A stretch of DNA of 64,000 nt, from positions 2,704 through 66,703 of the forward strand of contig CABYGR010000001.1 of the NCBI GenBank assembly GCA_902518595.1, in the 5' to 3' direction. Shown piece after piece: positions 19,406 through 29,270 of this stretch. The translations under genes and the position numbers were made by a program. The stretch comes from an uncultured Pelagibacteraceae bacterium (GTDB lineage Bacteria; Pseudomonadota; Alphaproteobacteria; Pelagibacterales; Pelagibacteraceae). A model generated the notes under the pieces. It ran no database searches and had not been told where the DNA came from. It worked only from the letters and a program-made list of their open reading frames with translations. How positions within the stretch are numbered: position 1 is the stretch's first letter; every line of letters starts with the position of its first letter.

Positions 19406-20773
19406 TTAATATTTATTATTTTTAAATTTTTTAAAAGAAAAATTTTTAGACCTTTTTCGATTTTTAAATTTTTTTTTATTTTTAAATCTAGATTTTTTTT
19501 TACCATGGTCATCAGATGATTTATCTGACTTATCATTAAAATATTTTGGATTATTTGTATAACCAAAAGGTTTTTTTTTATCTTTAAAACTAGATTTCTT
19601 TTTATTTCTAAATTTTTTATTTCTATTAAATGAATTTTTACCTTTTTTATTTCTTTGAAATTTTATCTTTTTATTGTTTTCGGAATTTTTAAAATTAGGA
19701 TTAATTAATCTACTTATTGAATTCCACATAGATCTATCATTTGGTGTAAGAAATGTTAAAGCTGAACCTTCTTTTCCAGCTCTTCCAGTTCTCCCAATTC
19801 TATGAATATAATCCTCTGGTACTTGAGGTAAATCATAGTTGATAACATGTTGAATTAATGGAATATCTAATCCTCTAGCTGCTACATCAGTGGCAATTAA
19901 TATTCTGCTTTTGCCATTTCTAAAACCATTAATCACACGATCTCTTTTACTCTGACGTAAATTTCCATGAATAGCATCTGCTGAATGTCCATCATATTTT
20001 AAACGTTTAACAATTTTATCTGCACCGTGTTTTGTTTTAACAAAAACTAATATTGAACCACTTCTTTCGACTAATTGATTTATTAATTCATGATATTTTT
20101 TATCTTGATTTACTTGGAAAGTTTCTTGTTTAATTTTTTCAATTGGTGTCGATAATGACCCAACAGCTATACGTTCAGGATTATTTAAGTATTTCTGGGA
20201 AATTTTTAAAATATTATTTGGCAAAGTAGCTGAAAATAATAAAGTCTGATGTTCTTTAGGAATAAACTTCAAAATTAATTCTATCTGAGGAGTGAAACCC
20301 ATATCTAACATACGGTCAGTTTCATCCAAAACTAAATAAGAAACTTTGGATAAGTTTAAACTTTGTCTTTTTAGATGATCATTAATTCTTCCTGGAGTGC
20401 CAACAATTATTCTTGCTTTTTTTTTTAATTTTTTTATTTGTTTTTGCATGCTTTCACCACCGATAAGAAGAGCATTTCCAATTCCAATTTCTCTAACATT
20501 TAATTTTAAAACAGTTTGCATCACTTGGCTTGCCAGCTCTCTAGTTGGACAAATAATTAATGCCATTGTATTTTTATCTAAAATCAATTTATTAATCATA
20601 GGAATGGTAAAAGCTAAAGTTTTACCAGTTCCTGTTTGTGCTGTTCCTAGAATATCTTTACCAGTTAAACTAACAGGTATGGATTGTTTTTGAATAGGTG
20701 TTGGACTATTAAATTCTGCGAATTTAATTGAATTCTTAAGCTTATTTTCTATTGGTAACTCGTTGAAGTTCAT
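19406..20773 (-). CDS. DEAD-box RNA helicase (RhlE-like) with Lys-rich C-terminal tail
   Basis: AQTGTGKT, PTRELA, TPGR, DETD, SAT, ARGLD, HRIGRTGR. Confidence 0.95.
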   Translation of the reverse strand: MNFNELPIENKLKNSIKFAEFNSPTPIQKQSIPVSLTGKDILGTAQTGTGKTLAFTIPMINKLILDKNTMALIICPTRELASQVMQTVLKLNVREIGIGNALLIGGESMQKQIKKLKKKARIIVGTPGRINDHLKRQSLNLSKVSYLVLDETDRMLDMGFTPQIELILKFIPKEHQTLLFSATLPNNILKISQKYLNNPERIAVGSLSTPIEKIKQETFQVNQDKKYHELINQLVERSGSILVFVKTKHGADKIVKRLKYDGHSADAIHGNLRQSKRDRVINGFRNGKSRILIATDVAARGLDIPLIQHVINYDLPQVPEDYIHRIGRTGRAGKEGSALTFLTPNDRSMWNSISRLINPNFKNSENNKKIKFQRNKKGKNSFNRNKKFRNKKKSSFKDKKKPFGYTNNPKYFNDKSDKSSDDHGKKKSRFKNKKKFKNRKRSKNFSFKKFKNNKY

Positions 20774-20909
20774 TATTTAAGTTTAATTAATTAATTTGTA
20801 GGATGCATATATCTTTTTTCAATAAACACAATGAATGTTTTATTAGATAGATAATAAGCTAAAAAAGGGTATTGAGTATAATCTAGATTTAATTTAAAAT
20901 GTATAAATT

Positions 20910-22019
20910 GTGCTTAGTTATATTTTACCGTTTATAGTATTAATATTAGTGGTTGTTTTTATTCATGAATATGGACACTATTATTTTGCTAAAAAATATG
21001 GAGTAGGAGTCACTGATTTTTCAATTGGATTTGGTCAAGAAATATTTGGATGGAATGATAAATCAGGAACTAGATGGAAAATTTGCTGGATCCCGCTAGG
21101 AGGATATGTCAAGTTTTTTGGTGATCGAAATGTATTTTCCCAAGCTGATCAAAAAAAAATCCTTGAAAAGTACAATGAAGAAGATCGACAGAAGTTATTT
21201 GTTTTAAAACCTTTATATCAAAGAGTTTTAATTGTATTTGGTGGTCCATTAGCTAATTTTTTATTAGCTTTAGTGATATTTTTTTCAATATACACGTTTG
21301 TAGGTAAAGACTTTACTCCGGCAGTTATTAATGAAGTCCAGAAAGATAGCCCAGCAATGGTTGGTGGATTAAAACAAAACGATGTCATTATAGAGATAGA
21401 TGGAAATGAAGTTAAAAGTATTATGGATGTGTCCAAGTATATTACAATGTCAACTAGTGAAGTTATAGATTTTAAGGTAAAGCGATCTTATGATGAATTA
21501 ATAGTAAAAGTTAAACCTGATATAGTTTTAAGTGAAGATAATCTTGGTAATAAGATAAATAAACGTATGGTTGGTATAAAATTAGGTGCTTATAATAATG
21601 AGACTAACCATATAAAATTAGGCCCTGCACAGGCAATTTATCATGCTGCAAATGAAGTATATTATGTAAGTATTTCATCTTTAAAATACATAGGTGCAAT
21701 GATATTTGGAAAAGCTGATACTTCTCAGTTAGGCGGTCCAATTAAAATTGCAAAAATATCTGGACAGGTCGCTGAATTCGGTATTTTAGCTTTTATTAGC
21801 ATGATGGCTTATATTTCAATAAGTCTTGGTCTAGTTAACCTTTTTCCTATACCCATGTTAGATGGTGGACATTTAATGTTTTATGCTTTTGAAAAAATTT
21901 TGGGCCGCCCTTTATCTCAAAAAACACAAGAAGGTTTTTTTCGAATCGGGCTGTTTATGTTGTTATCTTTAATGTTTTTTACGACTTTTAATGACTTAAA
22001 GGACCTCGGTTTATTTTAA
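20910..22019 (+). CDS. rseP: RIP metalloprotease RseP
   Basis: HEYGH, PDZ domain, NLFPIPMLDGG; GTG start. Confidence 0.95.
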   Translation: MLSYILPFIVLILVVVFIHEYGHYYFAKKYGVGVTDFSIGFGQEIFGWNDKSGTRWKICWIPLGGYVKFFGDRNVFSQADQKKILEKYNEEDRQKLFVLKPLYQRVLIVFGGPLANFLLALVIFFSIYTFVGKDFTPAVINEVQKDSPAMVGGLKQNDVIIEIDGNEVKSIMDVSKYITMSTSEVIDFKVKRSYDELIVKVKPDIVLSEDNLGNKINKRMVGIKLGAYNNETNHIKLGPAQAIYHAANEVYYVSISSLKYIGAMIFGKADTSQLGGPIKIAKISGQVAEFGILAFISMMAYISISLGLVNLFPIPMLDGGHLMFYAFEKILGRPLSQKTQEGFFRIGLFMLLSLMFFTTFNDLKDLGLF

Positions 22020-22177
22020 TAATGTTATTAAACGTAAAGTAAAAAAACCAATAAAATCAACATTAATTTAATATTTTACAATATATTGTGTTAATAAAAA
22101 ATTTAGACACTAAAAAAAAGCTTGATTTATAGGGGTTATTTTGAAAGATAATAAAAAACCAATAAATTGGAGCTAAA

Positions 22178-22453
22178 ATGAACAAAAAACAATTAATAGT
22201 CAAACTCTCAGGAGCTTTAAATCTAAGTAAAGCTGATTCTGAAAGAACTTTTGATACTATTACAAACACTATTTTAGATGCTTTAAAAGGAGATGATTCA
22301 GTAAAAATTGCTGGATTTGGAACATACAAAGTAGCTAAAAGAAAAGCTCGAGTTGGAAGAAACCCACGAACTGGTGAGCAAATTCAAATTGCTGCATCCC
22401 AAAAGGTCAAATTCTTGCCAGCGAAAGCTTTAAAAGAAGTATTCAATAAATAA
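22178..22453 (+). CDS. hup: DNA-binding protein HU
   Basis: MNKKQLI...GFGTY...ARVGRNPRTGEQIQI...KFLPAKALKE; GGAG RBS. Confidence 0.96.
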   Translation: MNKKQLIVKLSGALNLSKADSERTFDTITNTILDALKGDDSVKIAGFGTYKVAKRKARVGRNPRTGEQIQIAASQKVKFLPAKALKEVFNK

Positions 22454-22461
22454 TATTTTTT

Positions 22462-22495
22462 ACAGCCTTAATGTATGAAAATACTTTAAGGCTGT
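22462..22495 (+). terminator. Hairpin terminator after hup
   Basis: ACAGCCTTAA-T-GTAT-GAAA-ATAC-T-TTAAGGCTGT with a GAAA tetraloop. Confidence 0.75.
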
Positions 22496-22589
22496 TTCTA
22501 TATGCAAATACTGCATACCCAATTTTCCTAATTAACGTTAGTTTCTAGAAATATTAAAAATATAAAGATTTCTTTAATTGGGAGGTCTT

Positions 22590-23891
22590 ATGACAAAATT
22601 AATAAAAAAAATAAGTGTACCACTTATTAGTTTAATGTTTTTATTAAACATGAGTAGTGCAGGTATGGCAGAGACAACAGTTTCTGCTGAAGTAAGTTTT
22701 ATATTTAATACTTTACTATTTCTAATATGTGGATTTCTAGTATTTTTTATGGCTTGCGGGTTTGCAATGTTAGAGTCAGGTATGGTTACATCAAAAAGTG
22801 TATCCGTAATTTGTGCAAAAAATATAGGGTTAATATCAATTTCTGGAATAATGTTTTGGATGTTTGGTTACAATCTTGCCTATGGTATACCAGAAGGAGG
22901 GTATATAGGTAGTTTTATTCCTTGGTCTGATTCCAGTGCAGTTGATACTGGTTATTCAGATGGTTCCGATTGGTATTTCCAAATGGTTTTCTGTGCTACA
23001 ACTGTATCAATAGTTTCAGGAACTTTAGCTGAAAGAATTAAGTTATGGCCATTTTTCTTGTTTGCAGCAATTTTATCAGGAATTTTATATCCAATAGTAA
23101 TGGGATGGCAGTGGGGTGGAGGCTGGTTAGCTTCTATCGGCTTTTCTGACTTTGCTGGATCAACTTTAGTTCACTCAACTGGTGGATCAGCTGCTTTAGC
23201 AGGTGCTATATTATTAGGACCAAGACTTGGAAGATTTACAAAGTCTGGAACTCCAGCACCACTTAAACCATTTGCAGCATCTTCGATACCACTAGTTACT
23301 TTAGGAGTGTTTGTGTTGTGGTTAGGTTGGTTTGGATTTAATGGTGGTTCACAGTTAGCAATGGGAACTGCTGATGATGCAATAGCAGTATCTACAATAT
23401 TTCTTAATACATTTTTAGCAGGAGCTGGTGGAGTATTAGCAGCAGCTGTTGTTACTAGATTAGGTTTTGGTAAAACAGATGTTGTACAAATGCTTAATGG
23501 ATGTATTGGTGGACTTGTGGCTATTACCGCAGAACCTTTAATGCCTTCACCTTTAGCAGCAATCTTAATTGGTGCAGTTGGTGGAGTGATAGTAGTTTAC
23601 GGAACTAAACTATTATTTTCATTAAAAATTGATGATGTGGTGGGTGCAATACCAGCTCACTTATTTGCGGGTATTTGGGGAACTTTGGCTGTGCCAATAA
23701 CAAATCCAGATACTGCATTCGGTACGCAATTAATAGGAGTGCTTTCAATTAACATATTTGTTTTTGTAGCTGCATTAATCATATGGAGCATTATGAAAGC
23801 AACTATAGGTATCAGACTAAGTAAAGAAGGAGAAACTAAAGGTACTGATGTTACTGAAACAGGAGTAATTGCATACGCGATACGTGACTAA
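22590..23891 (+). CDS. amtB: Ammonium transporter
   Basis: GFAMLESG, FQMVF, DFAGSTLVH, GWFGFNGGS, DDVVGAIPAH; GGAGG RBS favours the ATG at 22590. Confidence 0.97.
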   Translation: MTKLIKKISVPLISLMFLLNMSSAGMAETTVSAEVSFIFNTLLFLICGFLVFFMACGFAMLESGMVTSKSVSVICAKNIGLISISGIMFWMFGYNLAYGIPEGGYIGSFIPWSDSSAVDTGYSDGSDWYFQMVFCATTVSIVSGTLAERIKLWPFFLFAAILSGILYPIVMGWQWGGGWLASIGFSDFAGSTLVHSTGGSAALAGAILLGPRLGRFTKSGTPAPLKPFAASSIPLVTLGVFVLWLGWFGFNGGSQLAMGTADDAIAVSTIFLNTFLAGAGGVLAAAVVTRLGFGKTDVVQMLNGCIGGLVAITAEPLMPSPLAAILIGAVGGVIVVYGTKLLFSLKIDDVVGAIPAHLFAGIWGTLAVPITNPDTAFGTQLIGVLSINIFVFVAALIIWSIMKATIGIRLSKEGETKGTDVTETGVIAYAIRD

Positions 23892-23903
23892 TTGTTAACA
23901 ATA

Positions 23904-24013
23904 AAGGGGCTCTTCGCTCTCTGTGTAATTTCAACGTTACCACTGAAGAGTCCCTTAAAAATTTTCTTCCTCTAGTTAGTTAAATTAAAGCCCTTCTTTG
24001 AAGGGCTTTTTTT
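23904..24013 (+). ncRNA. Candidate structured RNA / 3'-UTR sRNA downstream of amtB
   Basis: 12-bp stem AAGGGGCUCUUC/GAAGAGUCCCUU with an inner stem, then single-stranded UUCUUCCUC, then a terminator. Confidence 0.45.
23987..24013 (+). terminator. Rho-independent terminator after amtB
   Basis: AAAGCCCTTC-TTT-GAAGGGCTTT plus T run. Confidence 0.88.
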
Positions 24014-24981
24014 TATTTATTTTCATCCCACAATTTTTTGTAGTCAATAAATGGTGAAAGCCCGTAACTTGAATTGATATTAGTTAAATGTAGTGACAAA
24101 CTTTTAAGCGGTGAAAAACAAAATTCTTTAAGATAAATTTCATTAAGATATTTTTCAAAAGGATCATGACGATCTAAACATGTATTTTGAAACATTTCCC
24201 AATATTGATCTAGCAATTTTTTGCTAGTCAAAAACGTACAAAGAGTCTTATTTGTTGTTCTCCAGTGTCTTTTATTTCCTATCAAAATATTTGTTTTTTC
24301 ATTATTCATATAAAGGAAAGGATAATCTGTAGGACACATAAAAATATCCCTGCCAATTTGAGAGGCGATTCTTTCATATGAAGCAATCATTTCATCTAAC
24401 ATTGGTTCAAAGTGAAGATAATCATCTTCTACAAAAAAAATTAAGTCATCTCCTTTATCTTTTCCAATTTCAAAACTCTGTAACAAGCTAGCCAAGTTAG
24501 AAAAAGTTTCTTTTGTTTTTTGTTTTTTTATTTTTGTTTCAAATTTTTTATGATCAAGAGGAATAATTTCTATATCATTATTGTTAATTAATTTTTTAAT
24601 TAGATCTAAATTTTCTTTTTTTGAATGGTCATCAATAATTAAAGTTTTTATCTTAAAATTTGGGTATTTTTTTTTACAAAAATTAATTGAATTAATGAGG
24701 GATTTTATTGAACGAAATGAATATTCAATTTTCGGCTGTTCAAATAATCTTTTTTTACTTTGATCCCAAATTTCTATTTCAGTATTCATTCTAACTATAA
24801 TTAGAATAGAATTAACTTTTCTAGTAATCTTTACCTCTCCTAATGGTAAAATTATCGATTTTTCATTAATTATTGATAAATCTTTATTTAATTCTTTATC
24901 TAATGTAGGAGATAAAAATTTATTCTGATCAATAATTTCAAAGCCTAATAATTTAATAATTTTTATGAAAAGTTTTTTCAT
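24013..24981 (-). CDS. Glycosyltransferase family 2-like (GT-A fold) protein
   Basis: LIIDDHS and IFFVEDDYLH motifs. Confidence 0.65.
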   Translation of the reverse strand: MKKLFIKIIKLLGFEIIDQNKFLSPTLDKELNKDLSIINEKSIILPLGEVKITRKVNSILIIVRMNTEIEIWDQSKKRLFEQPKIEYSFRSIKSLINSINFCKKKYPNFKIKTLIIDDHSKKENLDLIKKLINNNDIEIIPLDHKKFETKIKKQKTKETFSNLASLLQSFEIGKDKGDDLIFFVEDDYLHFEPMLDEMIASYERIASQIGRDIFMCPTDYPFLYMNNEKTNILIGNKRHWRTTNKTLCTFLTSKKLLDQYWEMFQNTCLDRHDPFEKYLNEIYLKEFCFSPLKSLSLHLTNINSSYGLSPFIDYKKLWDENK

Positions 24982-25016
24982 ATGTTTTTATTTATGATAT
25001 AAACATTTACATTAAT

Positions 25017-25400
25017 ATGACAATTAAATCATCTCAAACCCTTGTTTCAGAAGCTCTTAAAGAAATAAAAACGATTTCTATAGATGAAGCACACAAAATG
25101 GTTGATGATAAACAGTGTAACCTGATTGATATTAGAGATATAAGAGAACTTCAAAAAGAAGGACAAGTTGAGGGTGCAAGTCATATTCCGAGAGGGATGC
25201 TTGAATTTTGGTTGGATCCAGATAGTGTATATTTTAAAGATGGAAAACTTGACCTCAATAAAGAGATGGTTTTATTTTGCGCAGGTGGATTAAGATCTGC
25301 TTTAGCTGCAAAATCTTTGAAGGATATGGGCTTTAAAAAAGTTTCGCATATAGAAGGGGGCTTTGGAGCATTAAGACAGAGTAAATTTAAAATTGTTTAA
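25017..25400 (+). CDS. Rhodanese-domain sulfurtransferase
   Basis: LIDIRD, HIPRGMLEFW, FCAGGLRS, HIEGGF. Confidence 0.92.
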   Translation: MTIKSSQTLVSEALKEIKTISIDEAHKMVDDKQCNLIDIRDIRELQKEGQVEGASHIPRGMLEFWLDPDSVYFKDGKLDLNKEMVLFCAGGLRSALAAKSLKDMGFKKVSHIEGGFGALRQSKFKIV

Positions 25401-25981
25401 GAGTTGTATTCGTCTAAAGCATAATCTAAACGATCTTGTCCCCAAAAAATTTTATTATTAACAACAAAAGTTGGAGCACCAAAAATATCTTTTTTGAAAG
25501 CACTAATAGTAAATTCTTTTAATTTTTCTTTAATTTTTGTATTTTGAATTTTTTTAAAAAATTCCTTTTGATCAAATTCAATCATTTCTAAAATTTTATT
25601 TAGACTCTTTTCATTAGAAATATCCACATTATCTCTCCAATAAGAATCAAAACAAATATCAAGAAATTTTTTTTGAAATTGACCATCCATTAAAAGATAA
25701 CCACGCATCAGATATAAAGAATTGATTGGAAATTTTGTGTTCCATTTAAACTTTATATTGTTTTTAATTGCAATTAAATTGCAGTCATTTTTCATATTTT
25801 TAAGTTTGCGTTCGTTAAATGCTGGTGGAGTTATTTCACCTAGTTTATGAAGTCCACCTAACAAGACTGGTTTATAAATAATATTAATTATTTTATTTTT
25901 GTTTAATGATTTTAATCTTTTGTAGGCTAAAAATGAGTAGGGACTTATAAAATCGAAATAGAATTCAATCGATTTAGTCAT
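25397..25981 (-). CDS. 2-hydroxychromene-2-carboxylate isomerase / DsbA-GST kappa family
   Basis: FYFDFISPYS, IFGAPTF, FWGQDRL. Confidence 0.9.
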   Translation of the reverse strand: MTKSIEFYFDFISPYSFLAYKRLKSLNKNKIINIIYKPVLLGGLHKLGEITPPAFNERKLKNMKNDCNLIAIKNNIKFKWNTKFPINSLYLMRGYLLMDGQFQKKFLDICFDSYWRDNVDISNEKSLNKILEMIEFDQKEFFKKIQNTKIKEKLKEFTISAFKKDIFGAPTFVVNNKIFWGQDRLDYALDEYNS

Positions 25982-26447
25982 ATAACTTTATGCTTTTGGC
26001 ATGAAATATTCTAATTAACCAATAGATAAATAAACCTAAGGGGCCAATTAAGTAAGTAGTGATAAGGGGTATAATTAAAAGAATTTTGTTTATAGAAAAT
26101 TTCTGTGAATCATTAACAATCCATCCACCTGTAAAAAGGTTGATTGAAATAAAATGTATCCAAAACATCATAAGAAAAGTATCGTTAGAAAATAGTTCTG
26201 AAATATTATTGATACCAAGATAAAGATTAAAATTATCATCAAAATTAAATGAATTTAGATAAGATTTATAAAGTACAAATATATACGCTCCACTTAGAAC
26301 AAGAATTGGAAATATAGAAGTCACTAAATATCTACTTAGATAAGATTGAGGGAAGAAAATTAATATTAACCAAAATGGAAGAACACCTAAATTCACCCAA
26401 TAATACAGCATTTCAATAGTGAAATAATTATAAATTTGTTCGATCAT
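25974..26447 (-). CDS. ABA4-like (DUF4281) membrane protein
   Basis: LPFWLILIFFP, WIHFISINLFTGGW, GPLGLFIY; start moved to 26447 to avoid overlap with recX. Confidence 0.8.
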   Translation of the reverse strand: MIEQIYNYFTIEMLYYWVNLGVLPFWLILIFFPQSYLSRYLVTSIFPILVLSGAYIFVLYKSYLNSFNFDDNFNLYLGINNISELFSNDTFLMMFWIHFISINLFTGGWIVNDSQKFSINKILLIIPLITTYLIGPLGLFIYWLIRIFHAKSIKLYD

Positions 26448-26475
26448 TTTAAAATATATTATATTAAATTTAGTC

Positions 26476-27039
26476 ATGATTCCTATAAGAAAGAAAAAAA
26501 AAACCTTAAAGGTAACTGTTGATGAAATGAGAAATTTTGCATTTAATTATATTGAAAAATACGCACCTTCTAAGCAACAACTTAAAACTTATTTATTAAA
26601 AAAATACCTTAAAACCTCTGCATTAAACCTAAAAAAACGAGACGTTACTAATTTAATTGATATTGTATTATCTGATTTAGAAAAGAGTAAATTTATAAAT
26701 GATAAATTTTATTCAGAAAGCAAAGCAAAAAGCATGATTCAAAGAGGAAACTCAATTAACAAAATAAGAAGTTATTTAATAGGCAAAGGAATTAATGATA
26801 ATTTTATTAAAGATACAGTAGATAAAATCCGTGACGAAAATTCAGATCAAGATTTTTTTTCAGCAATAAAAATTTGTAAAAAAAAAAGAATTGGTCCAGC
26901 GAGGACTGAGGAGAATAGACCTTTGTTTTATAAAAAAGATATTTCTCTATTAGCAAGAAATGGGTTTGATTTTGAGACTTCAAAAAAAGTTATGAATATA
27001 GAAAGGGAAGATTTTCTAAAGATAATTAATTTACTTTAA
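26476..27039 (+). CDS. recX: Regulatory protein RecX (alphaproteobacterial type)
   Basis: YIEKYAPSKQQL, FINDKFYSE, QRGNS, KKRIGP, LARNGF. Confidence 0.8.
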   Translation: MIPIRKKKKTLKVTVDEMRNFAFNYIEKYAPSKQQLKTYLLKKYLKTSALNLKKRDVTNLIDIVLSDLEKSKFINDKFYSESKAKSMIQRGNSINKIRSYLIGKGINDNFIKDTVDKIRDENSDQDFFSAIKICKKKRIGPARTEENRPLFYKKDISLLARNGFDFETSKKVMNIEREDFLKIINLL

Positions 27040-27174
27040 TTTTTTATTTTTTTCTACTTTGACAAGGTAATCAATCTTATTTTTTAAGTAACTTCTTACA
27101 AAAACAAAAACTATTAGTCCAAAAATTGAAACGGAAACTATAATTATTAAAATTACTCTTAATTGTTCATCCAT
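27031..27174 (-). CDS. Small single-TM protein (47 aa) translationally coupled to cysQ
   Basis: MDEQLRVILIIIVSVSIFGLIVFVFVRSYLKNKIDYLVKVEKNKKLK*; its ATG overlaps the cysQ stop (TAATG). Confidence 0.55.
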   Translation of the reverse strand: MDEQLRVILIIIVSVSIFGLIVFVFVRSYLKNKIDYLVKVEKNKKLK

Positions 27175-27947
27175 TATGAAATATTTTTACTTTTTAGAAT
27201 TAAACTTGGGTTTTTAAAATTTTTTTTACCATACAAAACTTCATTACCATTAAAATCAACTATACTTCCTCCAGCATGTTTTAAAATAGCATGACCTGCA
27301 GCAATATCCCATTCAAAGGCCCTCGGTTCAGCTACGTAACCATCATATTCTCCAGCAGCTATTACACAAAATTTTAATGAACTTTTCATTCTCACATATT
27401 TTTTAACATTAAGTTCTTTATAAATTTTCTCTATTTCAGGTTTGATTTTATTTGAGTAAGAAACAAATTTGATTTCATTTTTATTCAAATTTTTTGAACT
27501 ATTAAGTTTAATAGATTTTCCATCTTTTAATTCAAAAGCTAAATTTTCACCATAAGAGTAAAACATTCTATTTTTTGCAGGTGCAAAAATTAATCCTGCT
27601 GCAGGTTTTTTTTCAATTATTAATCCAGCATTAATTGTAAATTCTTCAAGATTATTTACATAATCATTTGTTCCATCTATAGGATCTATTAACCAAAAGT
27701 TTTTTAGATCATTCATATTTTTATTATCAGAAGTTTCCTCTGAAATAATTGGCAAATTAGGAGTTAATTCTATTATTTTATTTGAGATAATTTCGTTTAC
27801 TTCTAAATCTCCATTAGTAACTGGAGTGTTGTCACTTTTTATCTTTTTTGTAAGTCCTTTTTTTCTAAGTTCTAATGAAATTTTTCCAGCTTTCAAAAAA
27901 GTATCAATTAAACTTTCAATAATTTGTTTAGTATTAATTTCCAACAT
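27174..27947 (-). CDS. cysQ: 3'(2'),5'-bisphosphate nucleotidase CysQ
   Basis: KSDNTPVT, ISEE, WLIDPIDGT, SSLKFC, EWDIAAGHA. Confidence 0.9.
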   Translation of the reverse strand: MLEINTKQIIESLIDTFLKAGKISLELRKKGLTKKIKSDNTPVTNGDLEVNEIISNKIIELTPNLPIISEETSDNKNMNDLKNFWLIDPIDGTNDYVNNLEEFTINAGLIIEKKPAAGLIFAPAKNRMFYSYGENLAFELKDGKSIKLNSSKNLNKNEIKFVSYSNKIKPEIEKIYKELNVKKYVRMKSSLKFCVIAAGEYDGYVAEPRAFEWDIAAGHAILKHAGGSIVDFNGNEVLYGKKNFKNPSLILKSKNIS

Positions 27948-28110
27948 TTATTTTTTTTAATTCAATATTCTCCGCATTAATTACTTTTTTTCCAACATTT
28001 TGAAAATTTACAGTAACTTTTTTATTAATTATTGATTGTACTTGTCCAATACCCCAATCTTTATTAATTGGATTAAAAACTTTATCTCCTGGCTCAAAAT
28101 CAAAAATCAT
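27934..28110 (-). CDS. DUF3553 small SH3-like protein (58 aa)
   Basis: [45 protein letters not shown]...; below the ORF-track cutoff. Confidence 0.8.
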   Translation of the reverse strand: MIFDFEPGDKVFNPINKDWGIGQVQSIINKKVTVNFQNVGKKVINAENIELKKINVGN

Positions 28111-28151
28111 TTAATTTAACTTATATTAGAAATGAGTATAAATACCATCAA

Positions 28152-29270
28152 ATGAATAACGAATTAAATTCTATAGGATTGAATAAAAAACCATCTGATA
28201 CAACTGTGGTGGTAGCCATGTCTGGTGGAGTAGATTCTTCTACAGTAGCAGGAATGATGAAAAAAGAGGGATATAAAGTATTAGGCATTACTTTAAAATT
28301 ATATGATGATGGAAAAGATGTAGCTAAATCAAAACAATGTTGCTCTGGTCAAGACATCATGGATGCAAAAAGAGTAGCTCATAAACTGGATATTGAACAT
28401 AAAATTTTATATTTTCAAAATAAATTTAAACATGGAGTTATTGATAATTTCGTTGAAAGTTATCTTAAAGGAGAAACCCCAATACCGTGTGTGCAATGTA
28501 ATCAAACAGTAAAGTTTAAAGATTTGTTTGAAGTTTCCAAAGACCTTAAAGCAGATGCTTTAATAACTGGGCATTATGTAAAAAGTATTACTAAAAATTC
28601 AATAACAAGTATGTATAGAGCAATAGATGAAAACAGAGATCAAAGCTATTTTTTATTTAATACTACAAGAGATCAATTAAATTATTTAAGATTTCCCTTA
28701 GGGGGACTGCTTAAAAATGAAACAAGGTCTATAGCAAAAAAATTAGATTTAAACGTTGCTGATAAACCTGATAGTCAAGATATTTGTTTTGTACCTAATG
28801 GAGATTATGCTTCTGTTATCCGCAAGTTTAATCCAGATTCATTTAAAAAAGGAAATATTAAAGACTTAGATGGTAAAGTTATAGGTGTTCATGATGGAAT
28901 AATAAATTTTACTATTGGTCAAAGAAAAGGAATAAAAGTCTCAGATAAAGATGCACTATATGTAATTAAAATTAATTCTTATAAAAATGAAATTATCGTT
29001 GGTCCTAAAAAACATCTTGGAAAAAAAACTATTTATTTAGATAGATTAAACCTTTTGGTAGATAATAATGAGTTTAAAAAAAAGATCTTAGTAAAAGTTA
29101 GATCTACAGGAAAACTTCTTGATGCAAAAATAAATTTTAAAGAAAATAACTCTGCTGAGATAAATCTCGATGTGGAAGAAGAGGGAATTTCACCTGGTCA
29201 GGCTTGTGTATTTTATGATCAAGATCAATTAGGTTATAAAGTTTTAGGTGGTGGATGGATAACTAATTAG
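28152..29270 (+). CDS. mnmA: tRNA 2-thiouridylase
   Basis: [45 protein letters not shown]. Confidence 0.97.
   Translation: MNNELNSIGLNKKPSDTTVVVAMSGGVDSSTVAGMMKKEGYKVLGITLKLYDDGKDVAKSKQCCSGQDIMDAKRVAHKLDIEHKILYFQNKFKHGVIDNFVESYLKGETPIPCVQCNQTVKFKDLFEVSKDLKADALITGHYVKSITKNSITSMYRAIDENRDQSYFLFNTTRDQLNYLRFPLGGLLKNETRSIAKKLDLNVADKPDSQDICFVPNGDYASVIRKFNPDSFKKGNIKDLDGKVIGVHDGIINFTIGQRKGIKVSDKDALYVIKINSYKNEIIVGPKKHLGKKTIYLDRLNLLVDNNEFKKKILVKVRSTGKLLDAKINFKENNSAEINLDVEEEGISPGQACVFYDQDQLGYKVLGGGWITN

Noticed and set aside
19420-19690. T-rich low-complexity tract as a repeat array or CRISPR
   Set aside because: It encodes the Lys-rich helicase tail; there is no regular repeat-spacer structure and no cas gene in the window.
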